64,000 nucleotides of DNA from Candidatus Hydrogenedentota bacterium (lineage in GTDB: Bacteria; Hydrogenedentota; Hydrogenedentia; Hydrogenedentales; SLHB01): NCBI GenBank assembly GCA_963745075.1, contig CAVUWV010000030.1, positions 30,647-94,646 on the forward strand, read 5' to 3'. A program made the translations under genes and the position numbers. The notes below the pieces were generated by a model, which saw only the letters and a list, made by a program, of their open reading frames with translations, ran no database searches and had not been told where the DNA came from. This document shows positions 11,340 to 20,875 of the stretch, piece after piece; positions within the stretch are counted from its first letter, which is position 1, and every line of letters starts with the position of its first letter.

Positions 11340-12875
11340 TTACAACCCCGGTGGCACCATGTCGGCGAGTTGCCAGGGGTCGGTTTCGGGGACGTTGAGG
11401 TTACGAAAGGTCTCGATGACGATGTCGCGAAGCATGCGGATGCGTTTGCGGGCGGTGACGATGCCCTGGCCGTCTGCGCAGGGATGCCAGTAGGTGATAT
11501 GAAAATCCCGTTCGTGGAACCAGCGTGCCATGAAATGCGGATCGGGGCCGATGGCTTCTCGCGATAGATAGGCTGCCGGGATGCGCGCGATCAGCGTTCC
11601 TCCTTCGTAAAGGATCGATTGGGCAAGTCGGACCATTTCGTCGGCGGTGTTCCAGAGCGTGAGGTCGGAGAGAACGACCGTGTCGACTTTGCCGCGCCAG
11701 CCTTTGGGTTCATCGGCATAGGTATCGTCATAGGAGCCATGGCGTTGATTCCGGCGGTCGTCGTTGGGGGCAATGCCGACGAGGCGGGTCGCTCCCCTGC
11801 GGCGTAAGGCGTACTTGGAGGCATCAAGGTTCATGCCGAAGTCCATGACAATGCCAGGCGCGTGCGGAAGGTAATCCGTCAGGGTGTCTCCCAGTCTGGT
11901 GGGTTCGGGCTTGGCCGACTCGAAGTCCGGAAAATTGCGGCGGACCACGTCGAGGATTTCGTCGACTCGATGATCGTACGTATGCCGGGCGAGCACCTCA
12001 TCCCTGCCCAGTCGTGCGATGGTGTCGCGCGCGGTTTCGTCGTCTAAGTATTGCTGCGCGCGTTCGATTAACTCCTCGTCGGAATCGTACGCGATGAGGT
12101 GTTTGCCGTCTTCAAACAGGTCCAACAGTCCGTTGAACTCGCTGGCGCGGTTGGTCAGGAGCGGACAGCCCATGGCGAGGGCTTCGAAGATTCGCATGTT
12201 CAGGTCTTCGATAGCGGAGTGGTTGAATGCCAGCCGGCCGCTGCACGTATGCCGGCAGTACCCGTCGCCATGGACCCGTTCGAGGGCTTCGACGGAGAAG
12301 CGATCGGCGAGGAGATGCAACAGGCGCGCCCGTTCACGGTGCACGGGCATGCTGGCGGCACCGACGAAGGAGATGTCGTACTCCTTCGGCACGTCGACCG
12401 GGTAGTGGGTGTCCGGCGCGCATGCCAAGGGCAACCAATACACGTGGCGCGAACCGGTGGAACGAAGGTAGGGAATGTAGGCACGTTGCGCTGCAAACAC
12501 GAGGTCGTAGTGGATGGCCTCGTTGACTTCCATGAGGCATTGCCAGGTGTCGATGCTGAGAAAAACCGTGGGGCAGGACAGATTGGCGGTCCTGGTGAAC
12601 AGGGGTATGCCACCACCGGAAATGGATACGACGAGGTGCGGACTCCAGCCGTCTGGAAGCAGCGCGTAGAGATCGTCGACTGAACCGAGATCGGCCTCGA
12701 TGTCGTTTTTGACGACCATGTGGGCGAGATGGTATCTCCCCCACCCTTTCAGCACATCCGGACTCGGGTTCGGGCCGACGGTCAGAACGTCGCAGTGTCT
12801 CCGGAAGGCGCGGACGTAGTGCCCGTGCCATGCGAAGGGATTGGCCTGACCAAGGATGCAAACGCGGATCGACAT
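11340..12875 (-). CDS. CgeB-type glycosyltransferase (Glyco_trans_1_2) with a C-terminal degenerate methyltransferase-like domain
   Basis: WLPLACAP..H, YDISFVG, DLNMRIFEALAMG..LLT, ARHTYDHRV. Confidence 0.8.
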   Translation of the reverse strand: MSIRVCILGQANPFAWHGHYVRAFRRHCDVLTVGPNPSPDVLKGWGRYHLAHMVVKNDIEADLGSVDDLYALLPDGWSPHLVVSISGGGIPLFTRTANLSCPTVFLSIDTWQCLMEVNEAIHYDLVFAAQRAYIPYLRSTGSRHVYWLPLACAPDTHYPVDVPKEYDISFVGAASMPVHRERARLLHLLADRFSVEALERVHGDGYCRHTCSGRLAFNHSAIEDLNMRIFEALAMGCPLLTNRASEFNGLLDLFEDGKHLIAYDSDEELIERAQQYLDDETARDTIARLGRDEVLARHTYDHRVDEILDVVRRNFPDFESAKPEPTRLGDTLTDYLPHAPGIVMDFGMNLDASKYALRRRGATRLVGIAPNDDRRNQRHGSYDDTYADEPKGWRGKVDTVVLSDLTLWNTADEMVRLAQSILYEGGTLIARIPAAYLSREAIGPDPHFMARWFHERDFHITYWHPCADGQGIVTARKRIRMLRDIVIETFRNLNVPETDPWQLADMVPPGL

Positions 12876-12974
12876 TGTATGACCTGTAGCAGTTCGTGTC
12901 TTCCGATTATGGCAGGCGGCGACGGGGGTTACAATGAGACCGTTGGGACGTATGGAACCAATGAGAATTCTGGA

Positions 12975-13451
12975 TCAGTTGGCGGCAACGGAAGTAGTCT
13001 GCGTAGCGCCACCAGGTAGCCAGACGTAAACGTTCAAGGTTGCCCTCCCCCACTTTTCGGCCTGGTGGTGTTTTTTGAAGAAGACGTCAATGTGGTTGCC
13101 CTTGATGTCGCCGCCGCGATCTTCGACGCGACCGTAGCCGTAACCCGGCACGTACATGACGGTGCCGAAGGGATAGCGGGCGGTGTCGGCGGCGATGGTG
13201 CCAACGTCGGCTTGGGTGCCGCTGGCGGTCTGCCCAACTGTCTTGCGCTCGCCTTTCAGGGAACCTGAGGCGTAGACCGGGCGGAAAAGCCAGTTCCGTT
13301 TCCAGGCACAGCACTGCTTGCAGGGACAATAGGCGGTGACCTCCATGGGAACGACCATGGTGGCCGGGCCGAGGCCGTTGTCATTGGTCGCGCAGCCGAG
13401 GGGCAACACCACGACGGTAGCGACGGCAAGTGCTTTGTAAAGAGTTTTCAT
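12975..13451 (-). CDS. 3D (Asp-Asp-Asp) domain lipoprotein, putative peptidoglycan lytic enzyme
   Basis: Lipobox LPLGC; VTAYCPC, TASG, IAAD..RYPFGT, VEDRGGDIKGNHIDVFF. Confidence 0.88.
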   Translation of the reverse strand: MKTLYKALAVATVVVLPLGCATNDNGLGPATMVVPMEVTAYCPCKQCCAWKRNWLFRPVYASGSLKGERKTVGQTASGTQADVGTIAADTARYPFGTVMYVPGYGYGRVEDRGGDIKGNHIDVFFKKHHQAEKWGRATLNVYVWLPGGATQTTSVAAN

Positions 13452-13669
13452 GCTGTCAACAGATTACTATAGGTTCGAGGTTTTGACAAGAGGAAACGTG
13501 AATTACGCTATTTTCATCATTGAGCCAACGGAAAACTGCCAACTACTCAAGCGTTTACCGCGTTGCCGCTTGAAGGGCTTTCCGATACACTAGCGGTCCA
13601 TGGAGTGCGTTGGCGCACCTGGTGTTCCCGGTGGGGCCAGGCTTGGTCGAAATCAAAGGATACGTCCCT

Positions 13670-14029
13670 ATGCAGTCTACTGAGAAGAACTACGCGGTGG
13701 CGCAACTCGATAGTCTGGATGCGGTTACCTGTCCGTGCGGCCGGGCGCGGCGGGCCTTTGCCTTGCCGGGCAATCCAGCGAGTGTGCATTTGGTGGACAT
13801 TCGGATAGATGCGGAGACCCATTATCACAAGGGCATGACAGAGATATACCTCGTCCTCGAAGGGGAAGGCCATCTCGAGCTGGACGGCGAACTTATTTCT
13901 GTCAAGCCATTGACAGCCATCATGATACGGCCAGGCTGCCAGCATCGCGCGGTGGGGACCTTGCGGATCATCAATATCGCGGTTCCGGCGTTTGACCCCG
14001 GTGATGAATGGACGGATGAGCCTGGGTGA
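13670..14029 (+). CDS. Cupin domain protein
   Basis: RBS AAGGA; CPCG..RRAF, HYHKGMTEIYLVLEGEG, IRPGCQHRAVG, PAFDPGDE. Confidence 0.85.
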   Translation: MQSTEKNYAVAQLDSLDAVTCPCGRARRAFALPGNPASVHLVDIRIDAETHYHKGMTEIYLVLEGEGHLELDGELISVKPLTAIMIRPGCQHRAVGTLRIINIAVPAFDPGDEWTDEPG

Positions 14030-14357
14030 AATGGCGGGTGCCTGCTTTGGATAATGTATAATTTACTGTACATGATAGTCGATGGATTTGAGATAGATCG
14101 CGCATCCCATTGTATACTAATTGCTTACGATACATGGTTGAGACGGGAGAGGCATGGTTAACGCATTCGGAATCGGAGGCCGAAGGTGGGTGCGCATTTT
14201 GCGAGACCAGTTTTGAATAGAGCGATAACCCTATCGTCTGGTTTGCCGAACTCACAGATGCCGGCCGCGAGAAGCGGCAAAGACGTGGCAGGTGGCAGGG
14301 CCAGAGATTTGGGAGAGTTTGGGCCATCTGCGCTGGGGAATCGAGGAGAGCGGCCCT

Positions 14358-15008
14358 ATGAGTGTTGCATTGGATTTCTCGTTGCGCTGCGAGATGACGG
14401 AGGAAACTCCCGAGTCCGGGAATGTGGCTATGGTCGCGGATAGTGATGACGCGGCGCTGGTCAGCCGGGCGCAAACGGGCGACTTCCGGGCCTTTGAGGA
14501 GTTGGTGCGGCGGTACCGCAACGATGTGTTTGCCCTCGCCTACCATTTTCTGCGCAATCGGGAAGAGGCGTGGGACACTTCGCAAGAGGTGTTTATCAAG
14601 GCGCACCGGTCGCTGAAACGGTTCCGCGGCGACGCGAGTTTCAAGACGTGGCTGATGCGGATTACGTCGAACCAGTGCAAGGATTATTTGAAGAAACGGC
14701 GGCTTTCGACCGTCTCATACAATGATGCGATTGAAGCCGAGCACGCGACAAGTCCGGTGCTGGGTCCGAGCCATGCGGCGGAGGCCCAGGAACTGGGCGA
14801 CGCCATTACGAAGGCGTTGGACGGGTTGTCGTTCAAGCATCGAACGGCTTTTGTGTTGAGGGAATTTGAAGGATTGTCGTACGAGGATATGGCCCAAGTG
14901 ATGGGCTGCAACGTGGGCACGGTCATGAGCCGCTTGCATCACGCACGGAAAAAGTTGCAAAACAGTCTCCAGCGAATGGGGTTTGCCGGAGGAAACGGTA
15001 ATGAATAA
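14358..15008 (+). CDS. ECF RNA polymerase sigma factor (RpoE/SigW-like)
   Basis: RBS GAGGAGAG; region 2 AWDTSQEVFIKA...FKTWLMRITSN; region 4 LREFEGLSYEDMAQVMGCNVGTVMSRLHHARKKL. Confidence 0.93.
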   Translation: MSVALDFSLRCEMTEETPESGNVAMVADSDDAALVSRAQTGDFRAFEELVRRYRNDVFALAYHFLRNREEAWDTSQEVFIKAHRSLKRFRGDASFKTWLMRITSNQCKDYLKKRRLSTVSYNDAIEAEHATSPVLGPSHAAEAQELGDAITKALDGLSFKHRTAFVLREFEGLSYEDMAQVMGCNVGTVMSRLHHARKKLQNSLQRMGFAGGNGNE

Positions 15009-15453
15009 GTGGGAACGAGATATCGCGCGCCGGTTTGACGGTGAAACCGGCGGGGATGGCAACGCGCCGGCCGATGCGCGGTCGGCGGCGTATGAGGCGG
15101 GTTTGCGACTATTGCGCGAAGGTGCGCAGCAGGCGGCGAACCGGGCCGAGATTGCCGATGCGCAGTTTCCGGCGTTTATGGAAGGCATTCGTGAGGAGAC
15201 CGAGCGCCCGGCGCGCGGTCATCGCGGGTTTTGGGCGGTCGTTTCGTTGAGCACGGCGGCCCTGCTGGTTGCATTGTCCGCGTTTCTTCTGTTTACTACA
15301 GGTGAGCACGCCACGCCGACGGTCGTTGAAGCGGTAACGAACGAAGTCGAAACCGTGTCGACGGAGATCAACGGGGCAACGGTTGATTCATACACCGATG
15401 GTGACGGTACCACGGTGCTTTGGGTAAGTAACGGTAAACGAGATCTGCTGTGA
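15001..15453 (+). CDS. Putative single-TM anti-sigma factor
   Basis: Overlaps the sigma gene stop; cytoplasmic N-terminus, one TM (FWAVVSLSTAALLVALSAFLLF), short beta-rich periplasmic tail ending TTVLWV. Confidence 0.65.
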   Translation: MNKWERDIARRFDGETGGDGNAPADARSAAYEAGLRLLREGAQQAANRAEIADAQFPAFMEGIREETERPARGHRGFWAVVSLSTAALLVALSAFLLFTTGEHATPTVVEAVTNEVETVSTEINGATVDSYTDGDGTTVLWVSNGKRDLL

Positions 15454-15926
15454 GTTTTGCGGGGTTGACGATCTTTCTGGTCGCGTTGGTGGGAAACGCC
15501 GACCAAGCGCTTGAGCTTCCGGTTACCATTTCGATGGTCGCCGTGCAGGCGACGAATGAGAATCGCCCGGCGAACGAGAAGTTTTTTGAGTCCGGGTTGG
15601 AGTCGATTCGCTCCAGCCTGGAGAGTCTCCCCTTCGACACCTTCCGGAAAGTGAAATCCGACCGCGGGCAGGTGTCGGCGCAGGAAGAGGCGAAGTTCGC
15701 CATTGACGATCGCTACACCTTGTCCGTCACCCCGTTATCCGGCGATACGGAGGGACGGGTCCGCGTGAAAGTCCGGATCACCGAGAAGGTCGAGAAGGAC
15801 GGGAAGACGGTCACCCAAAAAGCCCTGGAAACAACCAGCGCAATTGTTCCGGGGCGGCACCTGCTCTTGGGGGGCCTGCCGAAAGACGGGGGTCGGCTGG
15901 CGATCCTGCTGACGGTGGAGAAGTAA
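15450..15926 (+). CDS. Hypothetical exported protein, third gene of the ECF operon
   Basis: GTGA overlap with the previous stop; N-terminal hydrophobic signal; typical codon usage. Confidence 0.7.
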   Translation: MSFAGLTIFLVALVGNADQALELPVTISMVAVQATNENRPANEKFFESGLESIRSSLESLPFDTFRKVKSDRGQVSAQEEAKFAIDDRYTLSVTPLSGDTEGRVRVKVRITEKVEKDGKTVTQKALETTSAIVPGRHLLLGGLPKDGGRLAILLTVEK

Positions 15927-16057
15927 GTAGTACACCGACCTTCACGGACGGGATGATTGTAGCGGTCTCGGCTTCATCCACTAATTTTGATACTCCTTCA
16001 CGTTTCTCTTTCTCCCTTTCATTCAACGCCTTCCGGCGGTTCTCGCGTCCGATCTTA

Positions 16058-16074
16058 GTGACAATAAATGTCGC
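16058..16074. promoter_or_regulatory. Putative enhancer-binding-protein site (UAS) upstream of the pilin
   Basis: Near-palindrome GTGACA-ATAAA-TGTCGC about 110 nt upstream of the -24 element. Confidence 0.55.
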
Positions 16075-16181
16075 GCGATTACCTCCATGGTCGTGGAAAA
16101 CGGCGCCTAACGAGATCACCTCCCTCGGTGAAATCCATATAAGTTATTTTGCGACAGATAGTTGTGAATTTGGTGCGCCGT

Positions 16182-16198
16182 TTGGCACGGGGGTTGCC
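16182..16198 (+). promoter_or_regulatory. Sigma-54 (-24/-12) promoter
   Basis: TTGGCACG-GGGG-TTGC, an exact match to TGGCACG-N4-TTGC, about 100 nt before the pilin ATG. Confidence 0.85.
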
Positions 16199-16294
16199 TA
16201 CGAAGGGGGTACAAGTTGAATGGAATGTGTCGGTCCCATGGGGGCCGATGTGGGTAATCCAAGCGACGGGATAGGAACTCTGGAGGGTAAGGTT

Positions 16295-16789
16295 ATGAAA
16301 GCAACGAAGAAATCCGGTTTCACGCTGATCGAGTTGATGATCGTGGTCGCCATTATCGCGATCATCGCGGCTATCGCCATTCCGAACCTGCTGCGTTCGC
16401 GCATGAGTGCGAATGAAGCGGGCGCGGCGGGCGCCATGCGCACCATTTCGACGGGTGAAGTGGCCTATCAGACGGCCGCTTTCACCGACACCGACACCGA
16501 CGGTGTGGGTGACTACGGCACGCTGGCCCAGTTGGCCGACCCTGATGGCGGCGGCGCCACGCCTCCGTTCATTGATTCGGTTCTCGGCAATGGCCAGAAG
16601 CATGGCTACACCTTCACGGTTGCGGTCACCAACGGTACGGCCGCCACGATGCCGGCCTACACCTGCACGGCGATTCCGGCTGCGGCAGGCCGCACGGGCT
16701 ATCGTCAGTACTTCGTCGACGAGTCCGGCGTGATTCGCTTCACCGCGGACGGCACGGCGGTTAGCGTCGCCTCGTCTCCGTTGAACTAA
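16295..16789 (+). CDS. Type IV pilin / N-methylation domain protein (likely major pilin)
   Basis: RBS GGAGG; class III signal MKATKKSG|FTLIELMIVVAIIAIIAAIAIPNLL; own sigma-54 promoter and terminator. Confidence 0.9.
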   Translation: MKATKKSGFTLIELMIVVAIIAIIAAIAIPNLLRSRMSANEAGAAGAMRTISTGEVAYQTAAFTDTDTDGVGDYGTLAQLADPDGGGATPPFIDSVLGNGQKHGYTFTVAVTNGTAATMPAYTCTAIPAAAGRTGYRQYFVDESGVIRFTADGTAVSVASSPLN

Positions 16790-16822
16790 AGTTAATCGAA
16801 TTCCCAGCGCGAGTAGCATGCA

Positions 16823-16863
16823 AGCGGCGGGATCCCGAGAGGGGTCCCGCCGTTGCTGTTTAA
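16823..16863 (+). terminator. Rho-independent terminator
   Basis: AGCGGCGGGATCCC-GAGA-GGGGTCCCGCCGTT then GCTGTTTAA; GNRA loop. Confidence 0.75.
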
Positions 16864-16948
16864 TCCGCGCTTCGGTTAACGTCGATGCGTATTGGCGCAC
16901 AGGTTTCCGCTCCGACGATTGGCGCGTGTGAGAATTCCGGGCTGGATT

Positions 16949-17593
16949 CTAATTGACGAGGCCGTTCTCGATGGCGTAGCGGATGACGTCGGCGGTGGTT
17001 TTCAAGCGGAGTTTCTCGAGGATGCGGACACGATAGGTGCTCACGGTTTTTACGCTCAGGCACAGTTTCTCGGCGATGGCGGTGGGCGTGAGACCCGATG
17101 CCAGGAGTTGCAGGACCTCGAATTCGCGGTTTGACAATCGTTCGTGAGGTGGACCGTCGCTGCCGGAATCGAATGACAGTGCCAATTCCTCTGCAAGGCG
17201 CCGCGAAAGGAAGCGGCCACCGGCGCAGATCTTCCGGACGGCGTTGATAAGATCCTCCACGATGCTTTCCTTGGTGAGATAACCGGCCGCGCCCGCCTGA
17301 AGCAAACGCCGGGCGTAGATGTCTTCCGGTTGTACGGTGAGGATCAATACTGGTACTTTGGGCCGGACGGCTTGCACTTGCTTCAGCAGATCCAATCCAC
17401 TGATGCCTGGCATGTTCAGGTCCATGACGATGGCGTCCCATGAGCGTTCACGGACGCGATCAAGGAGTTCCGCACCCGAAGAGGCCTCACCCTCCACGTT
17501 CAGATCGGGGGTTGAATCCAAGATGTGAATGATTCCCTGGCGGACTACAGGATGATCGTCGGCCACAATGATCGAGTTGGTCATGGTTTCCAC
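16949..17593 (-). CDS. NarL/UvrY-family response regulator (REC + LuxR HTH)
   Basis: ADDHPVVRQG, MDLNMPG, GYLTK; HTH LSNREFEVL...LSVKTVSTYRVRILEKL; start may be the ATG at 17584. Confidence 0.95.
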   Translation of the reverse strand: METMTNSIIVADDHPVVRQGIIHILDSTPDLNVEGEASSGAELLDRVRERSWDAIVMDLNMPGISGLDLLKQVQAVRPKVPVLILTVQPEDIYARRLLQAGAAGYLTKESIVEDLINAVRKICAGGRFLSRRLAEELALSFDSGSDGPPHERLSNREFEVLQLLASGLTPTAIAEKLCLSVKTVSTYRVRILEKLRLKTTADVIRYAIENGLVN

Positions 17594-17597
17594 GCTG

Positions 17598-18854
17598 CTA
17601 TTTCACATTCAAGACGGGCAGATGAGATCCGATTCGTTCTTCCGATCCGCTGAAGGGGATGGCAACTTCGACGCGGGTTCCGGCGCCATTCTGGGATTCC
17701 ATGGTGAACCTTCCTCCAAGCAACGTAACACGTTCGCGCATGCCCAGGATACCGAAGCCTTTCGACTCGCCGAGAGTCGATCCGCCGGTTATGCCGCGGC
17801 CATTATCTTCCACGACTAATTCGAGCCATCCGTTTTGCTCAGTACATTGAAACTGTACGTGCGTTGCTTCGGCGTGGCGAGCGACATTGGTCAAGCACTC
17901 CTGGGCAATCCGGAAGATCGCGGTGGCCTTTTCCTTGGCTACGTCCAAACTCTCGTCGAAAAGCTTAACGGTACAGCGGGTTTTGGTACGCGTTTGAAAG
18001 TCACGTGTCAACCATTCCAGTGCAGCATGTAGCCCCAGGTCGTCGAGAATGGCGGGATGCAGTTCGGTCACGATACGGCGCGTCGTCCCCACCATTATGT
18101 CGACTTGGCGCGACAGTGAGGCGAGGATATTCGCGTAGGGCTCGCTGGTCCCCGTTCGCTCGTGCAGTTGGCGTTTCAGCCGTTCCAAGTCGATTCGGAG
18201 AGCAGTAAGATTCTGGCCGAGTTCGTCGTGTAATTCGCGGGCGATGCGTGCGCGTTCCAATTCCCGAACCTCTTGCACATGAGCTGTCAGTCGTCGCAAT
18301 TCGTCGCGTGATTGCCGCAATTCGTCTTCCGCGCGTATACGTTCGCCAATTTCGTCGCGCAGCTTCGTTTGCTCCCGTTGGAGGATAGCTTTAATGAGAA
18401 CCATCTCGATCAGGGCGAAGTAGAATGTGGCAAGGAGTATGACGACACCTGTCATCATGAGCAAGTTCTCAGCGATCCCGCCCCATTCCAGAAGCTGGCT
18501 TTGGTGTGTGTGCCAGAAGGATGTTTCCCGAAACACGCTGAGGCCTTGTGCGAGCAAGAGCGCGGCGACCCCAGCCAACACCATCCACCGGAGCTGAGCT
18601 TGCCGGTGAATCATGAAGATAAGGTACAAGGCCGCGGCGCACAAAAGAGCAAGCGATACGAAACTCACCGATTTCGCAACGAGTGAGTCGACGCCAAGTG
18701 TCTCACCAAGAATCCTTATCGTGACTTCGAGAAAGAATGCGGTGAGCACGGCAATCGCTACCGCGTAGCGCACTCGTCGTACGCGTTCGGGCGAAAACGT
18801 TTTGAGTGCAGTATGCGCGGCAGGGCCATGCCGTTGTTTGTGAGGTCTGTTCAC
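17598..18854 (-). CDS. Membrane sensor histidine kinase, HisKA_3 (NarX/UhpB type)
   Basis: About 4 TM; H-box RIARELHDELGQ; AIFRIAQECLTNVARHA; DNGRG; GFGILGMRER. Confidence 0.93.
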   Translation of the reverse strand: MNRPHKQRHGPAAHTALKTFSPERVRRVRYAVAIAVLTAFFLEVTIRILGETLGVDSLVAKSVSFVSLALLCAAALYLIFMIHRQAQLRWMVLAGVAALLLAQGLSVFRETSFWHTHQSQLLEWGGIAENLLMMTGVVILLATFYFALIEMVLIKAILQREQTKLRDEIGERIRAEDELRQSRDELRRLTAHVQEVRELERARIARELHDELGQNLTALRIDLERLKRQLHERTGTSEPYANILASLSRQVDIMVGTTRRIVTELHPAILDDLGLHAALEWLTRDFQTRTKTRCTVKLFDESLDVAKEKATAIFRIAQECLTNVARHAEATHVQFQCTEQNGWLELVVEDNGRGITGGSTLGESKGFGILGMRERVTLLGGRFTMESQNGAGTRVEVAIPFSGSEERIGSHLPVLNVK

Positions 18855-19382
18855 GGTCTAGGGCCGAATCCCTTGATGCGGGCACTACCATGTTCGCGAT
18901 ATCGCGAGTGAGCGCACCAACCTTTGCAGCGGACATGTCACCATGCGCGGGGCTTACCTTGCCCCGCCAGGAACATTATAACGCATTCCATGTTCGAACT
19001 GGCGCGAAAAATGGCGCTTGGGCCGGACAAAGTTTGTAGGCCAAAACCCGACACAGCCGGTTCAGCCTATTCTTACGCGAAAATGGCCGTTTGTCCGATA
19101 ACGGGAATTCCGGCCTGCGAGATATACTTCCGTGTGAAGCGGCTGCGTAAGCATTAAGGCTGTTGCGAAGGAGGCCCCACAACGTTCTCTTTGAAAGGGA
19201 GTTGGAAGATGTACGCCTCCCACGGGGCGAATATGGAGTCTCCAACGTGTCAATCGCGCAGCCCATACTGCTCGGCAGAATTCTCCCTAAAGTCTTTTTG
19301 AACGGCGGCAAGCAGTGTGAAGTTTGGGCGGTGCATGCGATTTGCTGCACCCGCCGGGCCGGTTGAAGACGAAGGAGGCAGT

Positions 19383-19793
19383 ATGCGGGTGGATGCGAGG
19401 GACAGGCATTTGGGTGCGGGATCGCGAGGACGCGGCGTAAGATCAGATGGCGACCAAGTTGGGACTAACAAATACACGGGATTGCCGTTCGCAATGGTCC
19501 CATTGTGGATGCTCAGGGTTTTGCACGACGAGAAGAAGCACGCGGGCCATAAGGAATTAACGGAGTTGTGTTCGCGGCTCGAAGAGCGAATCATTCACTT
19601 TCAACAGAATCCTCGGCCAGGTTCTGATTCTCTCCTGGAACGGCTCGAAGAGGTTACACAGTCCTTTTGTCGCGATCGAGCTGAATGGAAGACTGAAAGT
19701 TCGCTGTCACCGCAACCAGCAGGACCGTTTGTTACGGAGACATCTTCTAATGTCCATCCATCGAATTGGAACTGGCGCGCGAACCGGCGATAG
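19383..19793 (+). CDS. Hypothetical protein (136 aa)
   Basis: Strong RBS AAGGAGG 4 nt before ATG; helical central part; no recognised family. Confidence 0.4.
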   Translation: MRVDARDRHLGAGSRGRGVRSDGDQVGTNKYTGLPFAMVPLWMLRVLHDEKKHAGHKELTELCSRLEERIIHFQQNPRPGSDSLLERLEEVTQSFCRDRAEWKTESSLSPQPAGPFVTETSSNVHPSNWNWRANRR

Positions 19794-19892
19794 TCCGCAT
19801 TTCTCGCCGCCACGAGAGTCGACGTTTTGCCGGCCGGTAGCTTGGCGCGGTGAGAAATGCTTTCGAGAATTCCGGGATCGGAGGTATGAACG

Positions 19893-20279
19893 ATGAGATG
19901 CCAACGCATGGTTGTAGCCACCCTGGCCGTTGCGGTGGGTTTGTTTGCGCTCAGCACTACGGCATTCGCGGTAACCATGGATAATGTCGAACTCGCCGGC
20001 AAAGCGATCCACACGATTGAAAAACGTGGCGATCGGCAGGTGGAGATCTTTGCCGTAGTCGTGAAATCGGCCACGGCCAAGGACGGTGATACGATCGTGG
20101 AATTGGCCGGGAAGACGGTCGCGATCACCGGCCCGGAAACCGCAGAAATCGCCAAAAGCGACGGCCACAAGGTGCTTGCATTCGGCACGTTGTCGGAGGA
20201 TAAGACGACCTTAGAGGCCGACAGCGTGATTAAAGTACCCCCGGCGAAAAACTCCTCCGCCGAAGTGTTTCAGCCATAA
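19893..20279 (+). CDS. Secreted hypothetical beta-rich protein
   Basis: RBS GGAGG; Sec signal ending TTAFA; internal repeat VELAGK x2. Confidence 0.7.
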   Translation: MRCQRMVVATLAVAVGLFALSTTAFAVTMDNVELAGKAIHTIEKRGDRQVEIFAVVVKSATAKDGDTIVELAGKTVAITGPETAEIAKSDGHKVLAFGTLSEDKTTLEADSVIKVPPAKNSSAEVFQP

Positions 20280-20329
20280 GTAGGACCTTGACACGTTCTA
20301 CGGGCGATCTTCGTCCGTTCCGTAATAGA

Positions 20330-20374
20330 GCCGTACGCATGTTTGGCTTATACCACGGTCCACATGCGTACGGC
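20330..20374. terminator. Inverted repeat, probable terminator
   Basis: 13-bp stem GCCGTACGCATGT / ACATGCGTACGGC with a 19-nt loop, between convergent units. Confidence 0.5.
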
Positions 20375-20513
20375 GCATTCATTTGATTGGCGTGGGATCC
20401 CCTGAAATCCGGCAGAACCCAAGTACCGCCAGTATCGCCCCCCCCCGCGAATCTGTTGTTTCACACTCCGCACCTTTCTCTTTCCGGTCGGCAAAACTCC
20501 ACGGATTCCGGAT

Positions 20514-20870
20514 TCAGGGGGCAATAAGGGGGGGCGAGGTCAACTCCGGTTGATTGGGATTCAATGACAGCAACCGCGAGAACATGTGACGGGCCATTTC
20601 CCGGTCGTTCATCTCATTGAAATAGATCAAGCCGAGTTCCCGGAACACCTTGGCGTCCTGCGGGGTGATCTGACTCAAGAACTGAAGCCGGTTTAATGCT
20701 TCCCGTGCGTTTCCTGTTTGTCGTAGGCACTGCGCGCTGAACCGTAGCTTCCGGGTCTCCCCTCCGCGTTGCGAGGATGCGCGCGAATAGCGTGAGGGCC
20801 TGTTCCGGCTGGCCTTGTTGCAGCCACCCGAGATAGCGTTTATGACCCTCGCTGGGTCGGCGACCGCGCG
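20514..20870 (-). pseudogene. TPR-repeat gene remnant (no start, one frameshift)
   Basis: Hand translation: WLQQGQPEQALTLFARILATRRGDPEA / LRFSAQCLRQTGNAREALNRLQFLSQITPQDAKVFRELGLIYFNEMNDREMARHMFSRLLSLNPNQPEL, a TPR-like pattern. Confidence 0.65.
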
Positions 20871-20875
20871 AGTAC

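Noticed and set aside
15960..16140. Eight GGA motifs on the minus strand suggesting a CsrB/Rsm-like sRNA
   Set aside because: No clear hairpin-loop presentation or terminator; the region is better explained as the pilin enhancer and promoter
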